The notes under the pieces: generated by a model
Told to the model about the DNA's origin: nothing
The model's input: the letters and a program-made list of their open reading frames with translations, nothing else
Databases searched by the model: none
Position numbers and translations under genes: made by a program
Part shown: positions 16,896 to 25,342 of the stretch, piece by piece
How positions within the stretch are numbered: the first letter of the stretch is position 1
Layout: each line of letters begins with the position of its first letter
Origin: Gemmata obscuriglobus
Lineage (GTDB): Bacteria; Planctomycetota; Planctomycetia; Gemmatales; Gemmataceae
Assembly (NCBI RefSeq): GCF_008065095.1
Contig: NZ_CP042911.1
Span: 5,490,001 to 5,522,000 of the forward strand
DNA length: 32,000 bases
Reading direction: 5' to 3'

Positions 16896-16903
16896 CTCGC
16901 CAC

Positions 16904-17254
16904 CTACACCCGGAAGAGGCGAGCCGCGATGGCCGCAACCGCGCCGACCTGCTCCGTGGGTACGAAGATGGTGAACCGCGTGGTGCGATATCTCCGCCCG
17001 CGGAACTCAGCGAAGTATCGCACCCCAATACGGGCCATCTCTTGGTCGAACAGGTAGATGTTGTGCTCTGCGGTCTCGCGGAACACGCCTGCGTACTCGA
17101 CAGCCCCAACCGGCTGGGGCAACTCAGCGACCGACCCGACCATGTGTTGCGCGCGGCGCTGCCACGCGCCCACCGGCCTCTTCTTGCGGGCTCCGCCGGG
17201 GCGGCCGGGCCAACGTCGGGCGCCCTTACCGCGACTTCGTGGCGAACGGCACAT
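16904..17254 (-). CDS. Cassette-encoded hypothetical protein (~116 aa; start uncertain)
   Basis: The C-terminal ~80 aa have ordinary composition (VEYAGVFRETAEHNIYLFDQEMARIGVRYFAEF...). The first in-cassette ATG is at 17254; an alternative ATG is at 17143. Confidence 0.45.
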   Translation of the reverse strand: MCRSPRSRGKGARRWPGRPGGARKKRPVGAWQRRAQHMVGSVAELPQPVGAVEYAGVFRETAEHNIYLFDQEMARIGVRYFAEFRGRRYRTTRFTIFVPTEQVGAVAAIAARLFRV

Positions 17255-17274
17255 CTGAAGTCTGCGCCTCTGTA

Positions 17275-17367
17275 GCCGAACAATGAAGCTCACCGGCTTG
17301 CCCCCGCTCAGGTGAGTTCCGCGGATGTAATCAGCAGGGGCAAGTCCGGTGCAGCGCCGGGTTCGGC
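17275..17367 (-). other. attC site (L-stem variant)
   Basis: gctcaccggcttgcccc pairs with ggggcaagTccggtgCagc. Confidence 0.75.
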
Positions 17368-17380
17368 GGGCCCACACCCA

Positions 17381-17797
17381 CTACCGGACCTGTACGACAA
17401 TCGCGGCCGCGAACCCGACTAGGGTGCCCCCGACCGCGAGCCCGCCCCACGTCCGGAATGCCTCACCGGGGGTCCACAGGACGCCACACTCGGGCCGCCC
17501 GGGCGGGTAGCGGATGGATGCGACCTCCCCGACCGGCCACTCATCGGCCGAGGCGGGCAGCGCCTCGACCTCGACCGACCGCCCCTCCGTCTCCAACCGG
17601 ACGACCGCGGCCCGCCCGCCCCACCACGAGGCCCGCGTCGCCCCGGTCACCGTCCCGGTCGCCCGGACCCCGCGGCGGGCGCGCACCCACCGGGGGATCA
17701 GTGGCAGGGAAAGTACGATGTTGACCGCCCCGAGGGCGGCGCAGAACAGTCCGGTCAGCACAATGTACCCTCGGCGGTGCGCACCCAACTGTAGCAC
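17381..17797 (-). CDS. DUF3592-like two-TM membrane protein (~138 aa; start uncertain)
   Basis: N-terminal TM (YIVLTGLFCAALGAVNIVLSLPLI), central ATGTV...VASIRYPPGRPE beta-rich segment, and C-terminal TM. There is no ATG inside the cassette, so GTG at 17797 is assumed. Confidence 0.5.
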   Translation of the reverse strand: MLQLGAHRRGYIVLTGLFCAALGAVNIVLSLPLIPRWVRARRGVRATGTVTGATRASWWGGRAAVVRLETEGRSVEVEALPASADEWPVGEVASIRYPPGRPECGVLWTPGEAFRTWGGLAVGGTLVGFAAAIVVQVR

Positions 17798-17824
17798 GCC
17801 GCCCCGGCCCCCTTCGCTTTCCCC

Positions 17825-17916
17825 GCCGAACATACAGCTCACCTGCACCGCCATCACCGGATGAGCGGTGCGTTCCCGAATCAGCCGGCGGTGTCAGGTG
17901 CAGCGCCGGGTTCGGC
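17825..17916 (-). other. attC site
   Basis: canonical arms and R boxes. Confidence 0.8.
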
Positions 17917-18272
17917 TCGCTGCCCTCGGCGGTTCCGGGCGACACGCTCCGCACCGCGGATCCGCAGAGCCCGGGCCACCGGTGCGGCCGAGCGGAGCAC
18001 CACCGACCCGACGCGCCGTGTCGCGGCCCAGCGGAGGCCGGCACCGTCGCACCGCGCGGCGACGAGCCGCGCCGCCCACCCACGGCACCACGCGGAGCAC
18101 CACCAACCCGAACCGCCGTGTCCCCATGCGCGGCTGGCCGCGCTCACCGCAAGCTCGCGGCGATGAGCCGCGCCCGCGACCACCGGCATCATGCGGAGCC
18201 CGACACGCGGAGTTCACCCATGCGGACCACACGCCCAGCACCGCCGCCCGCGCGATCATGCACGCGATGGCG
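17917..18272 (-). repeat. ORF-less cassette body, subfamily 1, 356 nt
   Basis: sub-repeat family. Confidence 0.65.
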
Positions 18273-18363
18273 GCCGAACATAAAGCTCACCTGCACCGCC
18301 ATGATGCAGGATGCGGTGCGTCCCGAATCAGCGGGCGGTGTCAGGTGCAGCGCCGGGTTCGGC
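18273..18363 (-). other. attC site
   Basis: canonical arms and R boxes. Confidence 0.8.
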
Positions 18364-18725
18364 TCGCTCACGTCCGCGGTTCCGGGCCACACGCCGAGCG
18401 CCACGCATCCGCGGAAGCCCGCCCACCGTCGCGGCCGAGCGGAGCACCACCGACCCCACCCGCCGTGTCCCGGCCCACCGCAGGCCACCCACCACCGCAC
18501 CTCGCGGCGATGAGCCGCGCCCGCCACCGGCGGGGGCCACGCGGAGCACCACCGACCCGAACCACCGTGCCGTCGCACACCGGAGGCCACGCACCACTGC
18601 ACCTCGCGGCGACGAGCCGCGCCCACCACCGACCGGCACCACGCGGAGCACTACCGACACGCGGGGGCACCCACGCGGACAACACGCCCCGCACCGCCGC
18701 ACGCGCGATCGAGCGGCTTGGGGTG
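18364..18725 (-). repeat. ORF-less cassette body, subfamily 1, 362 nt
   Basis: sub-repeat family. Confidence 0.65.
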
Positions 18726-18816
18726 GCCGAACGAACAGCTCACCTGCACCGCCCCTTCCCAGGGAGCGGTGCGTCCCGAATCAGCGGGCGGTGTCAGGTG
18801 CAGCGCCGGGTTCGGC
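18726..18816 (-). other. attC site
   Basis: canonical arms and R boxes. Confidence 0.8.
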
Positions 18817-19271
18817 TCACTGACCTCCGCGGTTCCGGGCGACACGCGCCGCACCGCGGCTCCGCGGAGCCCGTGCCACCGGTGCGGCCGGGCGGAGCAC
18901 CCCCAACCCGATGCGCCGTGTCGCGACACATCGGAGGCCACCCACCACCGCCACCCGCGGCGATGAGCCGCGCCCGCCACCCACGGGCGCCACGCGGAGC
19001 ACCACCGACACGAACCGCCGTGTCCCCACCCGCGCCCGGCCACGCCCAACCACACCTCGCGGCGGCGAGCCGCGCCAGACCCGATCGGCACCACGCGGAG
19101 CGCCACCGAACCGACACGCCGTGTCCGCACCCGCCACCGGCCGCGCCCACCGCACCTCGCGGCGACGAGCCGCGCCACACACCCACGGGCACCACGCGGA
19201 GCCCGACCCTCGGGATTCACCTTCGCGGACCACACGCCCACCGCCGCACGCGCGATCGAGCAACTCGGGTG
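18817..19271 (-). repeat. ORF-less cassette body, subfamily 1, long form 455 nt
   Basis: sub-repeat family. Confidence 0.65.
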
Positions 19272-19362
19272 GCCGAACGAACAGCTCACCTGCACCGCCA
19301 TCATACAGTCAGCGGTGCGTCACAAACCCGATGGCGGTGTCAGGTGCAGCGCCGGGTTCGGC
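19272..19362 (-). other. attC site
   Basis: canonical arms and R boxes. Confidence 0.8.
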
Positions 19363-19721
19363 TCGCTCACGTCCGCGGGTCCGGGGCACACGCCGAGCGC
19401 TGCGCATCCGCGGAAGCCCGCCCACCGGTGCGGGCGGGCGGAGCACCACCGACCCCGCGCGCCGTGTCGCGACACATCGGAGGCCACCCACCCACCGCCA
19501 CCCGCGGCGATGAGCCGCGCCCGCAACCGATCGGTCTCGGCGGAGCACTACCGACCCGAACCGCCGTGTCCCCACCCGCACCCCGGCCACGCCCAACCGC
19601 ACCTCGCGGCGGTGAGCCGCGCCCGCGACCACCGGCACCACGCGGAGCCCGATGCGCGGGGGTCACCGTCGCGGACCACACGCCCAGCTCCGCCGCACGC
19701 GCATTCATGCACGCTCGGGTT
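19363..19721 (-). repeat. ORF-less cassette body, subfamily 1, 359 nt
   Basis: near-duplicate of 785-1143. Confidence 0.65.
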
Positions 19722-19874
19722 GCCGAACCAGGAGCTGAGCTGCAAGCCGCCCCTCTCAGGACGGTCTCCCCTTGCTCCCGCGGCGGCTTGTCAGCTCCAG
19801 CGGGGGGTTCGGCCGACGGCCGCCTCCTTCCGCCAGAGGGTGAGTGAGCGTTGCAGCTCAGCTCCTGGTTCGGC
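19722..19874 (-). other. Alternative 153-nt palindromic attC-like site (copy 3 of 3)
   Basis: same 24-bp terminal inverted repeat as 2047-2199. Confidence 0.5.
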
Positions 19875-20047
19875 CGCCGCCGGATGAGCTCAGCCCACCG
19901 GGGACATCGCACGGCGGGAGAACACCATGCGACCTCGGGCCGCTCGGATCGGCGGGCCCTCGCCGGTCGCCTTCACCAGGGGGGAGGTGGCGACAACCTT
20001 ACGACCGCCCGCCGATCCGCGGCGCTTGCAACCACCTCACGGCGGCG
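19875..20047 (-). repeat. 173-nt ORF-less hairpin cassette body (copy 3 of 3)
   Basis: same as 2200-2372 with a few substitutions. Confidence 0.55.
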
Positions 20048-20138
20048 GCCGAACGAACAGCTCACCTGCACCGCCATCACACGATGAGCGGTGCGTCACA
20101 ATACAGCGGGCGGTGTCAGGTGCAGCGCCGGGTTCGGC
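20048..20138 (-). other. attC site
   Basis: canonical arms and R boxes. Confidence 0.8.
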
Positions 20139-20494
20139 TCGCTGCCGTCCGCGGTTCCGGGCGACACGCCGAGCGCCGCGCATCTGCGGATGCCCGCGGC
20201 ACCGGTGCGACCGGGCGGAGTGCTACCGACTCGATGCGCCGTGTCCCGGCCCATCGAGGGCCACGCCCACCGCTACACGCGGCGACGAGCCGCGCCCCTA
20301 CCCACGGGCACCACGCGGAGCGCCACCGACCCGAACCGCCGTGTCCCCACACACCGCCGGCCACGCCCAACCGCACCTCGCGGCGACGAGCCGCGCCAGC
20401 ACCGACCGGCACCACGCGAAGCCCGACACGCGAGACTCACCACCGCGGACCACACGCTCAGCGCCGCCGCACGCGCCCTCATGCCCTCGGGGTT
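20139..20494 (-). repeat. ORF-less cassette body, subfamily 1, 356 nt
   Basis: sub-repeat family. Confidence 0.65.
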
Positions 20495-20585
20495 GCCGAA
20501 CGAAAAGCTCACCTGCACCGCCATCATCGGAAGAGCGATGCGTCACAAACTAGCGGGCGGTGTCAGGTGCAGCGCCGGGTTCGGC
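20495..20585 (-). other. attC site
   Basis: canonical arms and R boxes; last (integrase-proximal) attC of the array. Confidence 0.8.
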
Positions 20586-20837
20586 CGGCCTTTGCTGGGC
20601 GAGTTGCACCCGCGCCTCCTGCCATTGGGGCCAGACCCGCTCTGGGTCGAGGTCGTTGTACCCCCGCTTCTCGTCCAGCGCGATGGCGTGCTCCTCCCGC
20701 ATCATCATGCATACCCCGTTGTCCCGGATGGCCAGCACCTCGGCCTCGGTCAGCGGGCGACCCTTCTCCCGCTCGGAGTGGACGAGCAGAACGACGAGAG
20801 CGGGCATGAACACCGGGGTCAGCTTCGGCTCCGCCAT
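20550..20837 (-). CDS. Cassette-encoded hypothetical protein (95 aa); first cassette next to the array end
   Basis: Internal ATG (MAEPKLTPVF...) of track ORF 20550..20897, with a GAGGGCGCAAAGG leader. Reads through the attC arm (tail AEPGAAPDTAR). Confidence 0.55.
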   Translation of the reverse strand: MAEPKLTPVFMPALVVLLVHSEREKGRPLTEAEVLAIRDNGVCMMMREEHAIALDEKRGYNDLDPERVWPQWQEARVQLAQQRPAEPGAAPDTAR

Positions 20838-20855
20838 CCTTTGCGCCCTCGGGTT

Positions 20856-20862
20856 GCCGAAC
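20856..20862 (-). other. Terminal solo R box (array/flank junction; candidate attI crossover point)
   Basis: gccgaac with no partner arm. The sequence to its right (cagtgtttagtgtgcgagg...) is unrelated to any attC. Confidence 0.5.
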
Positions 20863-21100
20863 CAGTGTTTAGTGTGCGAGGCTTCGCGCAATAACACGGG
20901 ATGATTTCACCCGCCGCACCGCGCGCCGGGGACCGAACTCCTGACCGGCCTTATCGTTACCGTGTGAAGGTCGCCTTCACAATATGCGCAATAACACGGT
21001 AATGGGCCGTGCGAAACTTCGACTCGCCCTTCATGGCTCGCACAATACTGCGTCCCGGGTAGTTAACGCACCCTTTGGTCACGGATGCTCTCTAACTGGT

Positions 21101-21558
21101 ATGAGCAGACCCATCGGAACGCCTGTCGAACTGGAACGCCGCCGTCAGCAGGCGGTACAAGCTGTTGCGGACGGTCCGGCCCGCCAGACGGTCGCGACGG
21201 TCCTGGGGGTTCACGTCAAGACCGTGTCCCGCTGGGTCCGGGCCGCACGCACGCCCGGCGGCGTGGCGGCCAAGGTCCACCCGGGTCCGACCCCAGGCCT
21301 GACGGACGACGACCTCAAGCGATTGGCCGAGTTGCTGCTCCAAGGGGCCAAGGCCCACGGGTGGCACAACCAGCTCTGGACGGCGGCACGGGTTGCCCGG
21401 TTGATCGAGCACGAGTTCCACATCCGGTACCACCCGGAACACGTCCGGGAGATCCTCAAGCGGCGGCTCGGGTGGACCAGCCAGAAGCCCCGCCGGAAGG
21501 CCCGGGAGCGAAACGACAAGGAGGTGGCGAGGTGGGTCGGTGACGAGGGGTGCCCCTG
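21101..21558 (+). pseudogene. IS630-family transposase, N-terminal (HTH) fragment
   Basis: LTDDDLKRLAELLLQGAKAHGWHNQLWTAARVARLIEHEFHIRYHPEHVREILKRRLGWTSQKPRRKA is typical of the IS630 N-terminus. Similarity stops near 21558, where another IS end begins. Confidence 0.7.
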
Positions 21559-22001
21559 GGTCCACGACACGGTTTGCAAGTTGGGGTATCATGATAGACC
21601 GCGGCTCGAAGAAATAACGGCCGTGCGAGCCACACAAGTCGTTGGTGGAGATCAGGTATGGCACGCCCCAATAACGCTCGTCCCGAAGTCGCAGCGAATA
21701 AGGCGTACCTGGACGGGGTGGCCAAAACGTTGGTCGAGAGGCTGTTCGGACCCGATGGGCCGCCGTGGGGCACGACGTTCGAGGAACTCGAAGAACTGGT
21801 CGTCCAGTTGGGCCAAACGGTGTCACGCGAACTGCTCCGCCAAGCTCTCCAGAAACAAGCGGCCGGCACCATACCCGCCGAGAGACAACAATGCCCGGGG
21901 TGCCGACAGACGCCATCACCCGGTGATCCCGAACCACGCATCCTCACCACGCGGGTCGGGGAAGCGGAGTGGAGCGAACCGTCGGCCTACTGCACCGCCT
22001 G
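21559..22001 (+). mobile_element. 5' fragment of a second copy of the IS at 25343-27077 (terminal repeat + N-terminal transposase fragment 21658..22001)
   Basis: The end ggtccacgacacggtttgc matches the 19-bp TIR aggtcacgccacggtttgc at 15/19. The ORF starts ~83 nt inside and has the same CxxC...CxxC zinc-finger layout. It is cut at 22001 by the next IS. Confidence 0.55.
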
Positions 22002-23468
22002 CCGGGTGCCCCTCTGGATTTTGGCATTTGTGAACGGTATGGGAGCCGGCTGGGGAAGCCGTGGCAATCTGGGAGGGATACTGATGCCGACGCTGACTAT
22101 AGAATACAGTACCGAATCCGAACGGTTGGCCTTGGAACAACTGCTGGGCTATTTCACGGACCTGAATCGTCTGGCCCAAGAAGCTCCCGACGGCACGGTC
22201 CTGGCCGCCTGCGAGAAGCATGCACTCGATCAAGGGCGCAAACTGTTGCGGACCACACTCGGTGCCGCCTTGGGTTCACGGATCGAGAAGGACGAGCAAA
22301 AAGGGGGCGCGCCCGCACCTGCGCGAAGACGCACCCCGGGCGCTCCAAAGGACCGCACACCCGAACGGTTGTGACCGCCGTTGGTCCGATTGAGCTGGAG
22401 CGGAGGTATTTCCACTGCCCCACTTGCGGGCAAGGCGAGTTCGGAGCCGATCGCGGGCTGGGCCTCAGCGGCTACGTCACCCCGGGCGCCTGTCGGATGG
22501 CCGTCTTGCTGGGCGTCCAACAGTCCTTCGCCAAAGCCGAAGTGACTCTGGCCGAGGTGGTCGGCTGGGAATTGGACGACAACACCATCCGGCAACTCTG
22601 CCACGCCACGGCGGCCCAGGCCACCGCCACCCGGCAACACCGCTCGACCGCTGAAGTCTTCACCCGAGCCCAAGCCGCGGCCAGGACCGAGCGGCCGGTG
22701 GACAGCGAGTTGCACATCGACGCGGGCAAGGTCAACACTGTGGAGGACGGTTGGCGGGATCTCAAGATGGCCGTTTTTGCCCGGCGCGAGCGAAGTGCGC
22801 CGACCACGGCGATGGACTGGGAGGGACGCGACCTGCCAACCCCGTTGGCGCGGTCGGTGATCGCGGCCGTGGAGGAGGCGAGCCTGTTCGGGAAGCGGTG
22901 TCACGACGAGGCCACGCGACTGGAGTGGACCGATTCGAGCCAAATGACGGTACTGGGGGATGGGGCCGAGTGGTTGTGGAACGTGTCCGAGCAGCACTTC
23001 CGTGACGCGACCCAGGTCCTCGACTTCTGGCATGGGGCGGAGTACCTCGCCAGCGGGGCGAAGGCGGTGTTCGGTCCCGGGGTCCAAGCCGCGACGGCGT
23101 TTGTCCGGGGCAAGTCGAAGCTGCTGGAAGACGGATATCCCGGGTTGGTGGACTGGATCGGAGAACTGACCGGGCAGATGCCCGCCGGAGGCGACGGAGC
23201 CGCCTTGGGCGGCGTATTGAATTACTTTTGTGGCCAACAGGGGCGGTTGAATTATGCGGTGCGTTTGCGGCGGGGGCAGTCGATTGGAAGCGGGTTGGTG
23301 GAGGGAACGGTTAAGCAATTGCTCAACATCAGAATGAAACAAACTGGGGCGAGATGGAATCTGGGGCATGTGGCACCGTTTGTCGAACTGGGGGCATTAG
23401 CAGCGGGGCCGGAGTGGAAGGGGTTTTGGGAAAACCAATAACGGGCCAAAATCCAGAGGGGCACCCGG
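22002..23468 (+). mobile_element. Complete-looking IS (1467 bp), ISKra4-like (family tentative)
   Basis: 24-bp perfect terminal inverted repeats: ccgggtgcccctctggattttggc at 22002-22025, and its reverse complement at 23445-23468. Confidence 0.7.
22084..23441 (+). pseudogene. DDE transposase of the 22002-23468 IS; needs a -1 frameshift near 22298-22307
   Basis: ORFa MPTLTIEYSTESERLALEQLL... and ORFb ...RYFHCPTCGQ...LGDGAEWLWN...VLDFWHGAEYL...IGSGLVEGTVKQLLNIRMKQTGARW overlap at an aaaaaggggg run. Confidence 0.65.
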
Positions 23469-23471
23469 GAC

Positions 23472-24821
23472 CTCTCCAAGCAAGTCGCCGAACTCACGGC
23501 CCAGGTCGCCGAACTGACCCGGCGGCTGGACGAGGCCACGCGCGCCGGCAAGCGGCAGGCCGCTCCGTTCCGCAAGGGCCCGCCCAAGCCGAACCCGAAG
23601 CCACCCGGCCGCAAGTCGGGCGATGTCCACGGCAAGCACGGTCACCGCTCGCCGCCCCCACCCGAACAGGTCGCCGAGTGCCACGAGGCCGACCTCCCCG
23701 ACGCGTGCCCGCACTGCCGGGGCCGGCTCGTCGAGACCGGCACGGCCGAACAGTTCCAGACCGAGATCCCACGCCAGCCGCTGATCCGCAAGTTCCGTAT
23801 CCACATCGGGCACTGTGAGGCGTGCGGGAAGCGGACCCAGGGCCGGCACCCGCTCCAGACGTCCGACGCCCTGGGCGCGGCGGCCAGCCAGGTCGGCCCG
23901 GACGCTCAGACCGCGGCGGCGCTCCTGCACACCCAGATGGGGCTGTCGCACGGCAAGGTCGCGTCGGTCTTCGAGACCCTGTTCGGCATCACGCTGACGC
24001 GCGGGGCCAGCGCCCAGATCGGCCTACGGGCCGCCACGCGGCTGGAGCCGGACTACCACCTGATCCTCGGCGAGGTGCGGGCGTCCGAGCAGATTGCGGC
24101 CGACGAGACGGGTTGGCGGATCGGAGGGCACCCGGCCTGGCTCCACGCGTGGGTCGCCGACCGGGCCACGGCTTACGGCGTCGACTCGAAACGCAGTGCC
24201 GACGCCCTGGAGCGGGTGATCGGGGCGGACTGGTCGGGCGTCCTGAGCCACGACGGGTTCGCCTCCTACGAGCGATTCGAGGGGGCGATCCACCAGCAGT
24301 GCCTGGCCCATGTGCTCCGCCGCGCGCGGGAACTGCTGGAGCGGGCGACCCGCGGGGCCGTGCGGTTCCCGCGCCAGGTGATCGCGCGGTTCACCGAGGC
24401 GATCCACTGGCGGAATGAGTACGCGCCGGGGACGTGGACCGACGACCAACGGGACGCGCACCGGTCGCAGTTCGACGACCGCCTGCTGGAGTTGGTGACG
24501 CGACCGCGGGCGGTGCCGGCGTACGTGACGCTGGCGAAGCACCTGTGGAACCATTTCGAGCAGTGGTTTACGTTCGTGTTCGACCCGCGGGTCGAGCCCA
24601 CCAACTGGAAGGCCGAGCAGGCGATTCGCCCCGCGGTTGTGAACCGCAAGGTGTGGGGCGGGAACCGGACCGCCGCGGGCGCGAAGGCGCAAGGCGTGTT
24701 GATGTCCGTGTTCGAGACGTGCCGCCGCCGGACCCTCTCGGTCGTGGATCACGTCAGCCACACGTTGCGATGCTTCGGAAACCGGCTCCTACCTCGCCCT
24801 GTGCTACTACCGGCGCGCTAA
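23472..24821 (+). pseudogene. IS66-family transposase, 5'-truncated
   Basis: The open frame runs from the IS end at 23468 with no start codon until 23937. It contains a coiled-coil (AELTAQVAELTRRLDEA), a zinc finger (CPHCRG...CEACGK), ADETGWRIGG, QQCLAHVLRR and EPTNWKAEQAIRPAVVNRKVWGGNRT. Confidence 0.75.
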
Positions 24822-24942
24822 ACAAGTACCGGGCCGGTTTTCGCCGTAGGCCCTTGCTTGAAAACGAGTTGCGACATTGAATGTGAATTCGCCGCAAACT
24901 CTTTCTGGACAAGGGCTTGCTGCCTAATGCGCAACGAGTCTA

Positions 24943-25236
24943 CTGTATAACGCGCGGTATCAGCGGTGCGCGGCGGTAGAGGCCGAAGCCAAGCGGTTGG
25001 GGATCGTGTTGCTGTCCCTGCCCTCGTACTCGCCCAACCTGAACGTGATCGAGCAGCTGTGGCGGTTCACCAAGAAGAAGGCCATGCGGGGTAAGCACTA
25101 CGCCGACTTCGCGACCTTCCGGGCGGCCATCGACGAGTGCCTCGATCGCATCCCAACGGACCACCGCGAGGCTCTCGCCTCACTCATGACGCGGAAGTTC
25201 CAGACGTTCGACAGTGACTCATTTCTGACCGCGTAA
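24943..25236 (+). pseudogene. IS630-family transposase, C-terminal fragment
   Basis: YNARYQRCAAVEAEAKRLGIVLLSLPSYSPNLNVIEQLW is the DDE C-terminal signature (LPxYSPxLNxIE). It probably belongs to the same element as 21101-21558. Confidence 0.7.
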
Positions 25237-25342
25237 AGGTAAGCGTTCACAAGTGATGCAGGTGCATATCAACAGTTGGCGAGGAGTGGGCTCACGATCG
25301 GTGACTGTTGGGCCTGGCCCGGGATGAGCGTCGGTGCTTTGG

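Larger units (their letters stand above)
1..20862 (-). mobile_element. Integron-type gene-cassette array (45 attC-type sites; 45 complete cassettes + 1 partial; runs off the left edge; no intI in window)
   Basis: ~90-nt imperfect hairpins recur every 0.35-0.55 kb. Each ends in GCCGAAC...GTTCGGC (cf. RYYYAAC/GTTRRRY) and has a 5-nt unpaired spacer, a 16-bp L stem with two bulged bases on one arm only, and a variable loop. Every credible ORF between them is on the minus strand with the hairpin at its 3' end. Confidence 0.8.

Noticed and set aside
17868-19847. 659-aa plus-strand ORF, and similar long ORFs such as 5302..6570 (422 aa), 15230..16390, 15879..16862, 3421..4401, 242..1183 and 19844..20809
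   Set aside because: They cross several attC hairpins and overlap equally long ORFs in the other five frames. They are Arg/Pro/Ala/Gly-dominated with no domain-like segments. They exist only because the plus strand is ~3-8% T, so stop codons are absent. Their ends depend on the neighbouring sequence, not on a conserved stop.
336-20494. The ORF-less cassettes might encode a family of ~115-aa Arg/Gly-rich proteins with 34-aa repeats (M-x-ARAA..GVWSAWVN..RGSSPRGAV..GTRRFGSVVLRV.., e.g. 8141..8500, 12408..12779, 9459..10013)
   Set aside because: Not fully excluded, but disfavoured. The frame switches between and within copies. The ATG is missing in about half the copies. The hairpin spacing varies between 101 and 102 nt. 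Third-codon positions in the candidate frame are not GC-enriched, unlike those of the real cassette genes. The composition is implausible for a folded protein.
1-20862. CRISPR array
   Set aside because: The repeats are ~90-nt imperfect hairpins with variable loops, not 25-40-nt direct repeats. The intervening segments are 255-460 nt, mutually homologous or gene-bearing. No cas genes are present.
1-20862. Diversity-generating retroelement, retron, or REP/BIME explanation for the repeats
   Set aside because: No reverse transcriptase and no template/variable-repeat pair with adenine-specific differences is present. There is no RAYT-type transposase or GTAG-type REP signature. The strict alternation with same-strand ORFs fits cassettes better.
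21545-21561. ggggtgcccctgggtcc resembling the 22002-23468 IS terminal repeat (shared gggtgcccct)
   Set aside because: The match is only 10 nt and lies in the IS630 coding frame, so it is probably coincidental.
22230-23369. Long antisense ORFs across the IS and core genes: 22230..23369, 24024..24761, 25334..26494, 25537..26466, 27026..27808, 28843..29577, 29852..30757, 30613..31440 and 31089..31973
   Set aside because: They are typical high-GC shadow ORFs lying opposite frames that carry clear transposase, kinase, epimerase or dehydrogenase motifs.
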